This document shows positions 1 to 9,648 of a stretch of 64,000 bases of DNA, one piece after another. The notes beneath the pieces are model-generated. The model searched no databases and was not told the origin of the DNA. It saw only the letters and a program-made list of their open reading frames with translations. Every line of letters begins with the position of its first letter. Position 1 is the first letter of the stretch. The position numbers were made by a program, and so were the translations under genes. This DNA is from a virus. Its lineage: Duplodnaviria > Caudoviricetes. The stretch lies in the IMG/VR virus record IMGVR_UViG_2857089846_000001, positions 32,001 to 96,000 of that record; one strand, 5' to 3'.

Positions 1-299
1 CGGCTGGTCGTGGCGTCGTAGAAGATGTGGTCGGCCGTGTCGGTCGCGAGCCAGAGGCCGCACGGGGCCGAGGCATCCAGGGCCTCGGGGAAAGCCTTCG
101 GGTCGGCGGGCATGAGTTTGATGGCGCGGCCGGTCCGCTGCTCCACGAAGGGCAGCAGGTCGTGGATGCTGCTGACCGGGGGGAGCTGGAGCTCGGCGAG
201 GAAGTCGCGGACGCGCTGCTGGTCCTGCTCCTGCGCGCGGCGGCGCTCTTCGGCCTCCGATTCGGCTGCACGAGTCGCCGTGCGGCGGCGCTTCCACAT
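1..299 (-). CDS. ParH-like / ImmA-IrrE-like partner of XRE regulator (partial, runs off left edge)
   Basis: Not in the ORF track. ATG at 299 after AAAGGAG; translates MWKRRRTA...VEQRTGRAIKLMP...PCGLWLATDTADHIFYDATTS, typical of actinomycete XRE-associated metallopeptidase-like proteins. HExxH would lie outside the window. Confidence 0.7.
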   Translation of the reverse strand, partial: MWKRRRTATRAAESEAEERRRAQEQDQQRVRDFLAELQLPPVSSIHDLLPFVEQRTGRAIKLMPADPKAFPEALDASAPCGLWLATDTADHIFYDATTS

Positions 300-343
300 G
301 GCGACTCCTTTCGCGAGCAGGAAGTGGGCGTTCCGCATCAGTA

Positions 344-850
344 TCAGGCCGGGGTTTCCGGCGTTGAAGGCAGGCCCTCCATGGCTCGGGCCGCCTCGAC
401 CATCTTCAGGAGTGCTTCCTGACTGGCCGGGGACAGGCCGGCGGCACGCATGGCGATGTTCTTCACGCCCTGGTCGTGCAGCTGCTGGACGAGGGAGAAC
501 TGGGCCACGATGCGCTCGGTCACAGCGTCCTCGACGAAGTAGCCGGCCGGGACCTCGAAGAACCGGGCCAGCAGGCGCACCACGCGGATGGTGGGGTTCT
601 CACCCGCAGGTCCACGCAGCTTGCCGATGTAGGCCGCAGTCAGAGTGCCCTGGCCGTAGGACGAGATCGTCTCGGCTACGTAGGTATGAAGGAACTCGCC
701 GGTGCGCGGGTTCGTCTTGGCCGGGTCGCCGTCCCGGGGACGCAGGACATCAAACAGGTAGTTGAGTCGCTCGGCGAACGTCGAGCCAGGTCCGGGCGCA
801 GGGACTAGGTCCCGCGTCTTTTCGGCATCCTGAGCTTTCCGGTACGGCAT
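344..850 (-). CDS. EspR-like XRE helix-turn-helix regulator
   Basis: TFAERLNYLF...YIGKLRG...NPT...LARFFEVPAGYF...GVKNIAMRAAGLSPASQ matches the EspR pattern. ATG at 850 follows GAGGAGAG. Confidence 0.8.
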   Translation of the reverse strand: MPYRKAQDAEKTRDLVPAPGPGSTFAERLNYLFDVLRPRDGDPAKTNPRTGEFLHTYVAETISSYGQGTLTAAYIGKLRGPAGENPTIRVVRLLARFFEVPAGYFVEDAVTERIVAQFSLVQQLHDQGVKNIAMRAAGLSPASQEALLKMVEAARAMEGLPSTPETPA

Positions 851-876
851 CGATGGGCTGCTCTCCTCGGGCGTGC

Positions 877-942
877 TAAACAATAGTTGACTATGCCACA
901 GGCAAAGGGGAGCATCGGCAGGGCCAGGCGAACTATTGTTTA
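877..942. promoter_or_regulatory. Perfect 12-bp AT-rich inverted repeat (TAAACAATAGTT / AACTATTGTTTA), probable operator
   Basis: Arms at 877-888 and 931-942, between the divergent XRE gene and the ATPase-like gene. Confidence 0.6.
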
Positions 943-1026
943 CTGACGAGTGATCGGGGGACTCACCGGGCCCCCGCTCGCGCACCACAGCACTGACCAG
1001 CAATACCGCAGGGGACGGAACGCACA

Positions 1027-1518
1027 GTGACCACCACGCCGGAGCATTGGACTCCGCCCGACGGCAGGCGCTTCGAGCCGTGGCTGACACTGCCCAAAGG
1101 CCCCTCGTTCCTCCTCAAGAGGCCCGCCCTGCCCAACGGCCTCGCCGTCACCCGGCGCACCCGCTTCCCCGTTCCTGCCAACGGCACCGCCGCCATCCAG
1201 GCGCGCACGGTCATCCGGCCCGTACTGATGCTCATGCTCGGCATCGGCGAGCTCGCGGAGACCCTCACCCGGCGAATCGAAACGTGCCTGTCCGAGCTGG
1301 TCGCCGTCGCCTACACCCACACCAGCGACGACCACTTGCTGTGCTCCGTATGGACGGACGCCGAGCACGCCTTCCTTTCCGTCGAGCACGACCAGCCCCT
1401 CCCGCAGGACGATGACTCGACCATGTACCTGCATGTCGTCAGAGCTCTCGCCGACGACTACGGCACCCACGTCTCCGAAGGCACCCATCAGACCTGGGTC
1501 GCTCTGCGCCGACCCTGA
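1027..1518 (+). CDS. Degenerate HATPase_c-like (RsbW-like) small regulatory protein
   Basis: CLSELVAVAY, LHVVRALADDYG and TWVAL resemble the Streptomyces ATP-binding proteins found divergent from XRE genes; N-box and G-box residues are degenerate. Confidence 0.6.
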   Translation: MTTTPEHWTPPDGRRFEPWLTLPKGPSFLLKRPALPNGLAVTRRTRFPVPANGTAAIQARTVIRPVLMLMLGIGELAETLTRRIETCLSELVAVAYTHTSDDHLLCSVWTDAEHAFLSVEHDQPLPQDDDSTMYLHVVRALADDYGTHVSEGTHQTWVALRRP

Positions 1519-1526
1519 GCCACGGG

Positions 1527-1543
1527 TGTTCCCCGCGGGAACA
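1527..1543. repeat. 17-bp palindrome, candidate parS (one mismatch)
   Basis: TGTTCCCCGCGGGAACA. Confidence 0.55.
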
Positions 1544-1560
1544 CCGTTCCCCGGCGCCCC

Positions 1561-2979
1561 TCACCGCGGCTCCGCCGCGGCTGGCGGGTGGAACTCCCAC
1601 GTCGCACCCGCGTGAGCACGCCGCACCTCCGAGAGCTCCTCGATCTCCGCCCACAGTTCCTCGCCCGAGCGGAACCTCGGCGCCTTCTCCATCGCAGCCC
1701 TGAGCTCGTCGGACGTGCACAGGACCCTGTCCGGCCGGGCATCGGCCAAGCCCCGCGGAACCCGCCGCGCCCTCCGCACCCCCTGCGGCACCGCCGCGCG
1801 CGCGGTCTCCCGCAACGATGCCGTCTGCGACCAGCGTTCCTCGGCCTCGCTCCGGCGCCGCGCCAGCCATCCCTGGTACCGGCCATCGTCGCTCGCGGCC
1901 TGGCGGTACGGGGCCACCGAGCCGTCCGGCAGGAACAGTGCCCCGGAGTTCACCCGGCGGCGGATCTCCGACCGGACGTAGGACGCCACGTGCCGGGGCC
2001 GAAGTGGAACGCTCCAGCGGGCGAGCTCGCGAGCCACTTCCTCACCCGACCAGCCAGCGGCGAAGAACGGCCGCAGGGCGAACGCGAGCTGCCGCCGGCA
2101 GGAGCTCTGAGCCCACCAGGTGTGCAGCGCGACGAACTCGCTCTGAGCCATCGCGTACGCGGCCTGCCTCGGGGTCCAGCCCGTCGAACCCTTGGCTCGG
2201 TGCGTGAGTGATGTCTGCGAACGTGCCGCGCGCCGGCGCGGCCTGTCTTTAAACCCCCCATCAACAGAACGGGAAGTACGTGGCTGAGGTACCACAACAG
2301 AAGGGGTGCACGAACCCGCGTTATCCACAGGACTCTGGGAGCTCCCGCGAGCCCGGTCCTCGTGCCGGTCGCGGGCATCGCCGATGGCCCGTTCCCTGCC
2401 CGCGTCCGTGACGCCCTGGAGGCGCGCGCCGTACCCCTCGCCCTCGATCCGGTGCCCCATCGCCTCGTCCCACGCCGGCGGCGCGACCGGGGCGTAGATG
2501 GTCGCCGTGCGCTTGAACCCGACGCCTGGACCGAACGCGTCACCGAGGCGAGTGCGTAGCGCGTTGCGCTGCGAGCTCCCCTGTTCCGCCCAGGCCAGCA
2601 AACCCAGCTCCCGCAGGATCTGAACGTGCATGGCGATGCACCGCTTCGACAGACGGAGCCGCTGCACCATGCCCGCAAGGCAGTAGGCCACGGTGCCGTC
2701 CTTGCTGCGCGGCATCCGGTCGGCGATGTCCTCGGCGACCAGGATCGTGGTCGCGTTGGCGCCCTTGCGGAAGCCCCCCGCCACCATGCAGGTCACCGCG
2801 CGCAGCCATTCCCCGCGGCGGCGGATGCGGCGCGAGCGTGTACGGCTGACCCACTGCTCGGCTTCGGAGCGCACGAGCGAGAAGCCGAGGACAGCAGTCT
2901 CGGCGGGGGCATCCGCGTCATTCATTTGTCGGCGCGTCGCCGGGATGGGCTGGCAGCGCGCGCGGGCATGAGGCATCAT
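1561..2979 (-). CDS. Plasmid-type replication initiator (winged HTH)
   Basis: wHTH-like segment MVQRLRLSKRCIAMHVQILRELGLL; internal DnaA box; GGAG RBS before ATG 2979; long structured upstream leader. Confidence 0.6.
   Translation of the reverse strand: MMPHARARCQPIPATRRQMNDADAPAETAVLGFSLVRSEAEQWVSRTRSRRIRRRGEWLRAVTCMVAGGFRKGANATTILVAEDIADRMPRSKDGTVAYCLAGMVQRLRLSKRCIAMHVQILRELGLLAWAEQGSSQRNALRTRLGDAFGPGVGFKRTATIYAPVAPPAWDEAMGHRIEGEGYGARLQGVTDAGRERAIGDARDRHEDRARGSSQSPVDNAGSCTPSVVVPQPRTSRSVDGGFKDRPRRRAARSQTSLTHRAKGSTGWTPRQAAYAMAQSEFVALHTWWAQSSCRRQLAFALRPFFAAGWSGEEVARELARWSVPLRPRHVASYVRSEIRRRVNSGALFLPDGSVAPYRQAASDDGRYQGWLARRRSEAEERWSQTASLRETARAAVPQGVRRARRVPRGLADARPDRVLCTSDELRAAMEKAPRFRSGEELWAEIEELSEVRRAHAGATWEFHPPAAAEPR
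2321..2329 (+). promoter_or_regulatory. Perfect DnaA box TTATCCACA inside rep
   Basis: Exact consensus; encodes PVDN on the rep strand. The low-GC patch CTTTAAA lies ~70 bp away. Confidence 0.6.
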
Positions 2980-3367
2980 GACTCCGTGCTCTTGGGGTTC
3001 TGAGAGCGCAAAAGGACCCTCAGCGATGGGGGTTCGGGAGGAACCCGGTGAAACCGCGCATAACGCGCGGGGAGCCAACGGGCCTGGTCAAAGGCCCGAG
3101 TAACGAAACGGCCGAGAGCTCGACGCCACATCGAGCGAACAGCCTGGAGGACTGGTCAGGGCGAACCCGCGCCACACGGGAACGGCCCACTCACAGACCC
3201 TCCGCAGCGAGTTAGGTCACGACGACCTCCACAGGGGGAGCGATAGGCAGAGGAGACGGACCGCACTCACCAAACGCACTTGGGCCCACCGGAAGCCGGC
3301 GCACGACGCGCCACCCGGTGGGCCTGCTTGTTGCGTGATCCCGCCTGGAGGCGGGTACATTGGTGGT

Positions 3368-3468
3368 CATCGAGACCGATCCTCTATGTAGGTCTCCCGA
3401 ATGAGCCCCGCCGGGTGCTCCGCTGCGAAGGTTGGACGCCTCATTTGCAGCCGAGCGGCGGGGCTTTT
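3368..3468 (+). ncRNA. Putative counter-transcribed (antisense) RNA upstream of rep
   Basis: TTGCGT(3331)-19-TACATT(3356) promoter-like pair; hairpin GAGACC..GGTCTC (3372-3396); long hairpin AGCCCCGCC..GGCGGGGCT followed by TTT (3404-3468). Confidence 0.4.
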
Positions 3469-3614
3469 CGGTTGTATGGGTCTGGTACTCGGCGCCACCA
3501 CCGACCCGCACGCTGGGGGCAGGATACTGACGACGGTATTCGTGGGGACAGACTAGACCTTTGCGTCCCCCAGCTGGGCCATCTTGACTGGCGCGCCGTG
3601 TCGCTGACGTGTAG

Positions 3615-4166
3615 TCACCCTGGTCGACTCCGGCGCGCGAACCGTTCGGATGCCTGCTCGGCCTGGTACTCGGCGAGCTCCTGGTCACAGTGGTAGCTCA
3701 CCGGCAGATCCTCCCGGGTGTCCCAGATCGCCCACGGGAGCGGCCTTCCCTTGTACCGCTGGCCGTCCTCCGGCCGGTGCCGGACCTCGTACCGCGGCCC
3801 CGGCAACCGCCGGTCGCCCAGCGGGCCTGCCGAGCGGAACAGGCTCATGATCCGCTCCTCCGTGGCAGGAGAGGCCGACTCGGGCTCGGCAAGGGCGGGC
3901 GAGGAGTGCGGCGGAGCGGGCCAGGTGTTGGTGTCGAGGCCCACGGCCGCGAGCTCCGGCAGCGGCGTTCCGGTGCTGCGCGCCAGCAGGTAGGCGCGCT
4001 GCTCCTCGGCCGTGCCGAGCCGGCGCTCGCCGAGGAGGATGTGCGCACCCATGAGCTCGGCCGCGAGCTGCGCCGCCTCGCCGTCCAGGCCGTCCATCTG
4101 AGCGGCTCTCAGGCGGCGCACCATGCGTGTGCGCCAGGTGCTGAAGCCGCCGAGGTCCGCGTTCAT
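3615..4166 (-). CDS. Hypothetical protein
   Basis: 183-aa ORF with coding-like composition. Confidence 0.6.
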   Translation of the reverse strand: MNADLGGFSTWRTRMVRRLRAAQMDGLDGEAAQLAAELMGAHILLGERRLGTAEEQRAYLLARSTGTPLPELAAVGLDTNTWPAPPHSSPALAEPESASPATEERIMSLFRSAGPLGDRRLPGPRYEVRHRPEDGQRYKGRPLPWAIWDTREDLPVSYHCDQELAEYQAEQASERFARRSRPG

Positions 4167-4372
4167 CCGTCCATTCCCGAGTCGCCAGGTTGTTGGGCCT
4201 GCTCGTAGGTCTCGACGCGCCTACCCTGGAAGGCGTTCCGAGGCACCAGTTTTCACGATAACCGGCCCCAGGCCCCCCGTCTCCCAACTGCGCCTTTTCG
4301 ATGCGCGAGGGCCGGGCCGCGCGCACGCGCGGGCACCTGAGAACAGCAGGCCTGGGGCCGGTTATCAATCGT

Positions 4373-4753
4373 TCAGTCCGACCCATCGGGCACCTCGCCA
4401 GCGTAAATCTCCGCGATGTCGCGGTTGGTCAGGGGGATGCCGAACTGGTCGATGTCGTGGAGGGCATCAGGGTGGTCCGGGTCGCTGGGGAGGAGGTCGA
4501 AGCGGTAGCGGGAGAGCGCGCCGCGCGCGGCCTCCAGCCGCTCACGGTCGATCCCGAACTCGGCGGCCACCACGTCGAAGCTCTCGCGCAGCGCGTCGTC
4601 CACGCTCATGTGGCGGCGGGCGTTGACCTCCCGGGTCTGGAAGATGCGGTCCTCGACGTCCTCGTGGAAGACCACGTCCAGCGGGCCCTTGTACCAGCCT
4701 GAGAGGTACAGGGCCATCAGGTCGACGTCCGTCTCGCCGCTCGGGCGGGTCAC
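4373..4753 (-). CDS. Hypothetical protein (acidic)
   Basis: 126 aa; GTGA overlap with the upstream gene. Confidence 0.7.
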   Translation of the reverse strand: MTRPSGETDVDLMALYLSGWYKGPLDVVFHEDVEDRIFQTREVNARRHMSVDDALRESFDVVAAEFGIDRERLEAARGALSRYRFDLLPSDPDHPDALHDIDQFGIPLTNRDIAEIYAGEVPDGSD

Positions 4754-4989
4754 GCGCGGGCCCCGTCGGGACGCATCTGCGGGAGCGGGTGCCGGCGGAC
4801 GCGCTTGAACAACACGTGCCCGGAACTCTCTTCGCGCCGCACGGTGATGCTGCCGCGGCGGCGGCCGGCGCGGAGCACCTTCTCCGCCTCGGCGGCCGGC
4901 AGCCCGATGCGCTGGGCGCTCTCGTCGGCGCGCAGCCAGGTCTCGAACGGCAGTCGGTTGATCTGGTCAGCCAGGCGGGCACCTTGCAT
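4750..4989 (-). CDS. Small wHTH-like hypothetical protein
   Basis: MQGARLADQINRLPFETWLRADESAQRIGL...; ATG 4989 after GGGGAGG; translationally coupled to the next gene. Confidence 0.65.
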   Translation of the reverse strand: MQGARLADQINRLPFETWLRADESAQRIGLPAAEAEKVLRAGRRRGSITVRREESSGHVLFKRVRRHPLPQMRPDGARA

Positions 4990-5385
4990 GGTCGCCTCCC
5001 CCCTACTGGTTGGCTCTGGTTGCTCGTCCCAGGGCGATGACCACACACCATAGTGCACGCCACGTCCAGATTCAGCAGTGGCGGCGGCTCGGTGGCATGG
5101 CTGCCCTGAATCCGGAGAGAAGGACTCCGCGACACGCGAACGCTCTGTAACGGTTCCGTAACAGCCGTGGAGTGGTTGAGTGCTCGTCAGGCCCGGAAGG
5201 TGGGTGCAACGTCCCCTATTGCTCCGGTGCGAACAGGGATCAACCATCTCGTCCTCATGCAATGAACGCTTTTGCCGTGCAGCAGAAGTTTTCGATCTGT
5301 CGTGCGAATTGATGGTGGCGCACGTGTTCACGGCTGTCGGAAGATGGCGTTTCAGAGGCCGATCAAGACCGGGGAGCGAGGCGGC

Positions 5386-6087
5386 ATGCCGAAGACGCCC
5401 AGCGGCGAGACCACGTCGGGCCAGGGCGAGTTCGCGCACCCCCTGGAAGCCGCCGCCGCCATGGCGGCCGAGGACCCGACGAACAAGGCCGCCCTTGCCG
5501 AGCTGTTCAACGGCATGTACGAGCCGGTCGTTCGATTCATGCACGCGCGCATCCAAGACCCCGTCACCGCAGAGGACTTGGCGCAAGAGGTCTTCGTCAA
5601 GATCGTCCAGAACATCGGCGGCTACACCGGCGGCGGCGTCTTCGCGTGGGTGTGGCGGATCGCCCGCAACGTCTACAACGACTACTTCCGCCCGATGAAG
5701 AACCGCGGCATCGAACAGCCCACCGGCGACTTCTGGCATCTCGACGCCCCGAGCGCCGAGATGGGCCCGGAGGAGACCGCCGAATGGAGCGACCTCCGCC
5801 TGGCCATCAGGGGCAAGCTGGACAAACTGCCCGAAGCTCAGCACATGGTGCTTGCCCTCCGCATCACCTGCGGGTACTCCACCGCCGAGACTGCGGAGAT
5901 CATGGGCAAGCCAGTGGGTACCATTCGCGTATTGCAGTGCCGAGCACTAGCCAAACTCCGCGGATTGATGCCGGAATGTGACAGCAACCTGGCAACGTAT
6001 CTGCTGTCTGCTTCGAACACGGAGCAGGACGAGGACGCAGCTCCGGTGAAGCTGAGGGAGAAGAACGATGTTGGGTCGCAGGGATAG
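5386..6087 (+). CDS. ECF RNA polymerase sigma factor, BldN-like
   Basis: Region 2 AEDLAQEVFVK..AWVWRIARN; region 4 STAETAEIMGKPVGTIRVLQCRAL. Confidence 0.9.
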   Translation: MPKTPSGETTSGQGEFAHPLEAAAAMAAEDPTNKAALAELFNGMYEPVVRFMHARIQDPVTAEDLAQEVFVKIVQNIGGYTGGGVFAWVWRIARNVYNDYFRPMKNRGIEQPTGDFWHLDAPSAEMGPEETAEWSDLRLAIRGKLDKLPEAQHMVLALRITCGYSTAETAEIMGKPVGTIRVLQCRALAKLRGLMPECDSNLATYLLSASNTEQDEDAAPVKLREKNDVGSQG

Positions 6088-6454
6088 CGCCGTCGCAGCG
6101 CAGCTTGACCGCTGCCTGTCCGGCGACGCCGAGCCCGCAGGCCCCGAGATATCCGGCATGGTGATGGCCGCAGCAGCACTGCGCCCGCGTCGCCCCATCA
6201 GCGAGAGCGCCCGCCAGCGCGCGTTCGACGCGATGATGCGCGAGGCCGACCGGCAGGCCCGCGGCGCGCACGCCGACGCCGCGCACACCGAAGACCTCAC
6301 CGACCCAGGCGTCCACGCCCGCGTCGCCCAAGCCGGTCCCGGCATGCGCCTCAGTGTCGCCGACATCGAATCAATCGATGACGAGCGCCTGGAGGACATC
6401 GCCGCGCGTCTCGCGGCCCGTCTCGGCCAGAGCGCCCCGGACCGCAATCAGTGA
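6068..6454 (+). CDS. Hypothetical protein, possible anti-sigma component
   Basis: Overlaps the sigma gene end; coupled to the next gene by GTGA. Confidence 0.65.
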   Translation: MLGRRDSAVAAQLDRCLSGDAEPAGPEISGMVMAAAALRPRRPISESARQRAFDAMMREADRQARGAHADAAHTEDLTDPGVHARVAQAGPGMRLSVADIESIDDERLEDIAARLAARLGQSAPDRNQ

Positions 6455-8133
6455 GCCGAGCCACTCAGGAACTGCGCGTCCTCGAGGAGGACATGGGCGC
6501 AGATGCGATCACCTTCGAGAACTACGACGAGGGCGTGACGTACCTGTTCGTGCGCCCGGGCCAGTCCTTCGACTCCGCCGTCAAGAGCATCCTGCGCGTC
6601 TGCCCAGAGATGAGCCTGCCGCGCGTGCAGGACCTCGTGCGCACCCACTGCCCGCACATCGTGGAGATGAACGAGCGGCTGGGTGCCGACCAGGTCGTTC
6701 CCCGGTTCGAGGCAGCTCCCGACGCCGGCGTCGTCCCGCCCGTGCCGATGAAGCCGACCGGCGCTCACCGGCGGCCGCGGCCGCCGCGCTGGGCCAGGAT
6801 CGCTTCGGTGGCCGCGCCTGCGCTGGTCGGCGGCGCCTTCCTCGCCCAGTGGCTCAACCCCGGCGTCTCCAAGGACGGTGCCTCCGCCGCCTCTTCCGTC
6901 AGCCAGGGCGACAACGTCGCAGCCGACACGTACAAGAACCCCTCGTTCCTGAAGATCGCCCAGGGCGGCCGGATGACGTGCGACCCCATCGGGGCCTTCG
7001 AGGCCAAGTGCGTGGACGTGGACGGCAAGGTCATGTACAGCGAGGCGTCCGTCGGCACCAGCACCGCCTTTACCTTCTCCTACGACCTCCACAAGATCGG
7101 CTTCCGGCTCTTCCCGGACATGGCATCTGCCACGACCTGGACCGCTGAGGCCGCCAACAGGTCCAGCTTCCGCAACATTCGGCAGCACGGCCGTGTCGTG
7201 CTGTGGGGCACCGACCTGACGCGCATCACCGATTGGGAACGCGCGCTCAGCAACGGCGACCGGGACAATCAGCACCGGGTGGCATCGGGGGGCATGACCT
7301 CATCCGCGGCCGTGTCCGAGTACCAGCCCGGCCGGTCGAGCTCCACGGCCAGGTCCGAGGCCCAGCCCTTCGCGTCGTACGGGGCAGCGGCCTCGCGGAT
7401 CAACCCGGAGCCGCAGAGCCGCGCGTACCCGCAGCACAACCCCGTGACGCCGGCGGGCGCGCTCGCACAGGGCACCCAGATATCGGCGTACACGCCCCTA
7501 CCGGATCGCCTTGCAGTTCTCGCATTCGGCACCCTCGGCGTGACGGAAGAAGCGCTTGAGCAGGCCGTGACGAGCGATGACACGCGGTCCGTGCAGCTCG
7601 TCCAGGCCGTCAGGCTCGTCCTCGGCAGTGCCGAGACCAGCCACTTCGGCGTCGTGCCGGCGGGCCCCAACGACGCCGTCGCCATCGTCCTGGACGCGGC
7701 CACCGAGCCGCCGGACGCAGACCCCGACGTTCTCGCATACGGCAAGTCGAAGGGGCCTCTCGTCATCCAGCCGCCTGCCGTTCCGCCGGTAGGCCCGAGG
7801 CCGGTGGTGCCCGCCACCCAGCGGCCCCCCGCGCCCACTCCCGCCCCTGCCCCTGCGCCGGCGCCCGAGCAGCAGGAGGCGGTCGCGCCCAGGCCGCAGC
7901 CGGAGCCCGAGCCGGAGCGCGAGGCGCCGGAGGCAGTCGAGCCCGAGCCCGAGCCGGAGGTAGTCGAGCCCGAGCGCGAGGCGCCGGAGGCAGTCGAGCC
8001 CGAGCCCGAGCAGGCGGAGACGCCCGACCGCGCCCCTGATGCAGAAACGTCTCCGGCCCCTCCGCAGACGGAGGAGCCGGATGACGACGGGCTTTCCCTG
8101 GACGCGCTGCCCCCGGTGTGGGCGGCAGCCTAG
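6451..8133 (+). CDS. Single-pass membrane protein with Pro/Glu-rich C-terminal repeats
   Basis: TM segment [22 protein letters not shown]; [15 protein letters not shown] repeats encoded near 7903-8010. Confidence 0.75.
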   Translation: MSRATQELRVLEEDMGADAITFENYDEGVTYLFVRPGQSFDSAVKSILRVCPEMSLPRVQDLVRTHCPHIVEMNERLGADQVVPRFEAAPDAGVVPPVPMKPTGAHRRPRPPRWARIASVAAPALVGGAFLAQWLNPGVSKDGASAASSVSQGDNVAADTYKNPSFLKIAQGGRMTCDPIGAFEAKCVDVDGKVMYSEASVGTSTAFTFSYDLHKIGFRLFPDMASATTWTAEAANRSSFRNIRQHGRVVLWGTDLTRITDWERALSNGDRDNQHRVASGGMTSSAAVSEYQPGRSSSTARSEAQPFASYGAAASRINPEPQSRAYPQHNPVTPAGALAQGTQISAYTPLPDRLAVLAFGTLGVTEEALEQAVTSDDTRSVQLVQAVRLVLGSAETSHFGVVPAGPNDAVAIVLDAATEPPDADPDVLAYGKSKGPLVIQPPAVPPVGPRPVVPATQRPPAPTPAPAPAPAPEQQEAVAPRPQPEPEPEREAPEAVEPEPEPEVVEPEREAPEAVEPEPEQAETPDRAPDAETSPAPPQTEEPDDDGLSLDALPPVWAAA

Positions 8134-8585
8134 AAGGGCGGCTCTTGTGGGGTGCCGCCGTTCGCCCACGGATCGGCGGCCGCAGTGTTCGCGGCATGAG
8201 GGGTAGGACCGGGCCGCTGAGCTGACACCTTGGTCACCGTCGCCGTCGCCCGCGTCAGCGACGGGCCGACCTCGTCCACATCCAGCTCGTAGACCGTGCG
8301 CTTCACCCCCTCGCGGTCCTCGTACGAGCGCTGCTTGAGCCGCCCCTGCACGATCACGCGCACTCCGCGCTGGAGTGATTCGGCGGCGTTCTCAGCCGCC
8401 TGCCGCCACACCGAGCAGGTCAGGAACAGACTGTCCCCGTCCTTCCACTCGTTGGTCTGCCGGTCGAAGGTCCGCGGAGTGGACGCGACGCGGAACTTCG
8501 CGACCGCGGCGCCGGATGGGGTGAAGCGGAGCTCGGGATCGTCAACCAGGTTGCCGACGACGGTGATGACGGTTTCGCCTGCCAC
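8130..8585 (-). CDS. ssb: Single-stranded DNA-binding protein
   Basis: [38 protein letters not shown]...EPPF; actinobacterial SSB. Confidence 0.97.
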   Translation of the reverse strand: MAGETVITVVGNLVDDPELRFTPSGAAVAKFRVASTPRTFDRQTNEWKDGDSLFLTCSVWRQAAENAAESLQRGVRVIVQGRLKQRSYEDREGVKRTVYELDVDEVGPSLTRATATVTKVSAQRPGPTPHAANTAAADPWANGGTPQEPPF

Positions 8586-8647
8586 AGAGGTGACCTTTCA
8601 TGATGCGTACGGCGGCCGGCCCGCAGGTGTGCAGGCCGGCCGGGGGG

Positions 8648-9577
8648 TCAGGAGAACAGCAGCTTCCAGGTGAGCGGACCCGGCAGACCGTCGGCGTCGC
8701 CTCGCAGCTCGTTGCGCGAGCGCTGGAAGGCCTCGACGTTCTTGCGGTCGGCATCTGACCAGCGCGGGCCCGGGCCGCTCGTGTAGTGCTTGCCGAAGCC
8801 CTTACGGACGAGCTGGTGCCCGAGGAGCGTGATGCTCCCATTGGACTTCCCCGGGCCGAACTTGTCCCTGCCCGGGAAGGGCGGGACCGGCTTCGGCCTC
8901 GGCTTCCCGCCGCCCGACGCTGGCGGCTTCGGCTTCCCGCCGCCGGTCATTCCCTTCGCCTTCGCTTTCGCCTTCGCCACGATCCTCGCGAACGGGATGT
9001 TGCCGGGGTCGCCGTGCGAGTTCTCCGGCGCGTGCAGGTGACCGCAGATGCCCTTGAAGGCCCGCCACTCGTCGTGCGTCATGCGCGCGGACGTCGCGCC
9101 GTACGAGGACGGGTAGGCCGGCCACTCGGTCGGGCCGGACAGCGGCACACCGTTGCGGACGTGCTGCCAGGCCAGGAACTCGGCGAGGTCGTCCAGCGCC
9201 CAGTCCGGCGCCTCCGGCCAGTAGATGTAGTGCACTCCGGCCTGCAGCTTGCCCCAGGTCTTGCGGTGCTTGGGGTCGCACGTGCCGATCAGCTCGACCT
9301 GGACGATGTCGTCAGTGTTGGTCTCGACCCCGCCCGGCTTGTTGACCAGGGCCCGCGCGGACTGGTCGAACGGGTAGTGCTGGTACCAGTCGAGCTGCGA
9401 CTTGCCGAAGTTCGGCTTGGCGGTGATGTTCGGCGCGTTGGCGCCCTTGGCGTAGTCGACCAGGCTGGTGCCCTCAGTCGTGTGGAGGCCGACCTTGTCG
9501 GGGTCCATGTCGGCCCCCTTGAAGCGGTCGGAGAAGTCGTAGGCGCGGCTGGCGCCCGGGTAGTAGCGAACGGTCAC
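8648..9577 (-). CDS. Endolysin (amidase-like domain + peptidoglycan-binding domain)
   Basis: GLHTTEG, VQVELIG, GHLHAPENSHGDPG motifs; C-terminal AFQRS..GDADGLPGPLTWKLL. GTG 9577 after GGAGG. Confidence 0.88.
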   Translation of the reverse strand: MTVRYYPGASRAYDFSDRFKGADMDPDKVGLHTTEGTSLVDYAKGANAPNITAKPNFGKSQLDWYQHYPFDQSARALVNKPGGVETNTDDIVQVELIGTCDPKHRKTWGKLQAGVHYIYWPEAPDWALDDLAEFLAWQHVRNGVPLSGPTEWPAYPSSYGATSARMTHDEWRAFKGICGHLHAPENSHGDPGNIPFARIVAKAKAKAKGMTGGGKPKPPASGGGKPRPKPVPPFPGRDKFGPGKSNGSITLLGHQLVRKGFGKHYTSGPGPRWSDADRKNVEAFQRSRNELRGDADGLPGPLTWKLLFS

Positions 9578-9613
9578 GGTGCTTCCTCCGGAGCTGGCGA
9601 GCAGGGAGGGAGC

Positions 9614-9648
9614 ACCGTGCGGGTTCGCGGGGGCTTGCGTCCCGGGCT
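9614..9648 (-). promoter_or_regulatory. Candidate late promoter (endolysin)
   Basis: AGCCCGGGACGCAA-15-CACGGT. Confidence 0.65.

Noticed and set aside
1526-1546. GTGTTCCCCGCG resembles the start of a type I-E CRISPR repeat
   Set aside because: No regularly spaced repeats, spacers or cas genes; it is one member of the dispersed 17-bp palindrome family.
5146-5179. TGTAAC/CGTAAC direct repeat and GGTTGA upstream of the sigma gene as a BldN-type promoter
   Set aside because: Spacers are 11 or 22 bp, not ~16; it may still be a binding site, but that is unsupported.
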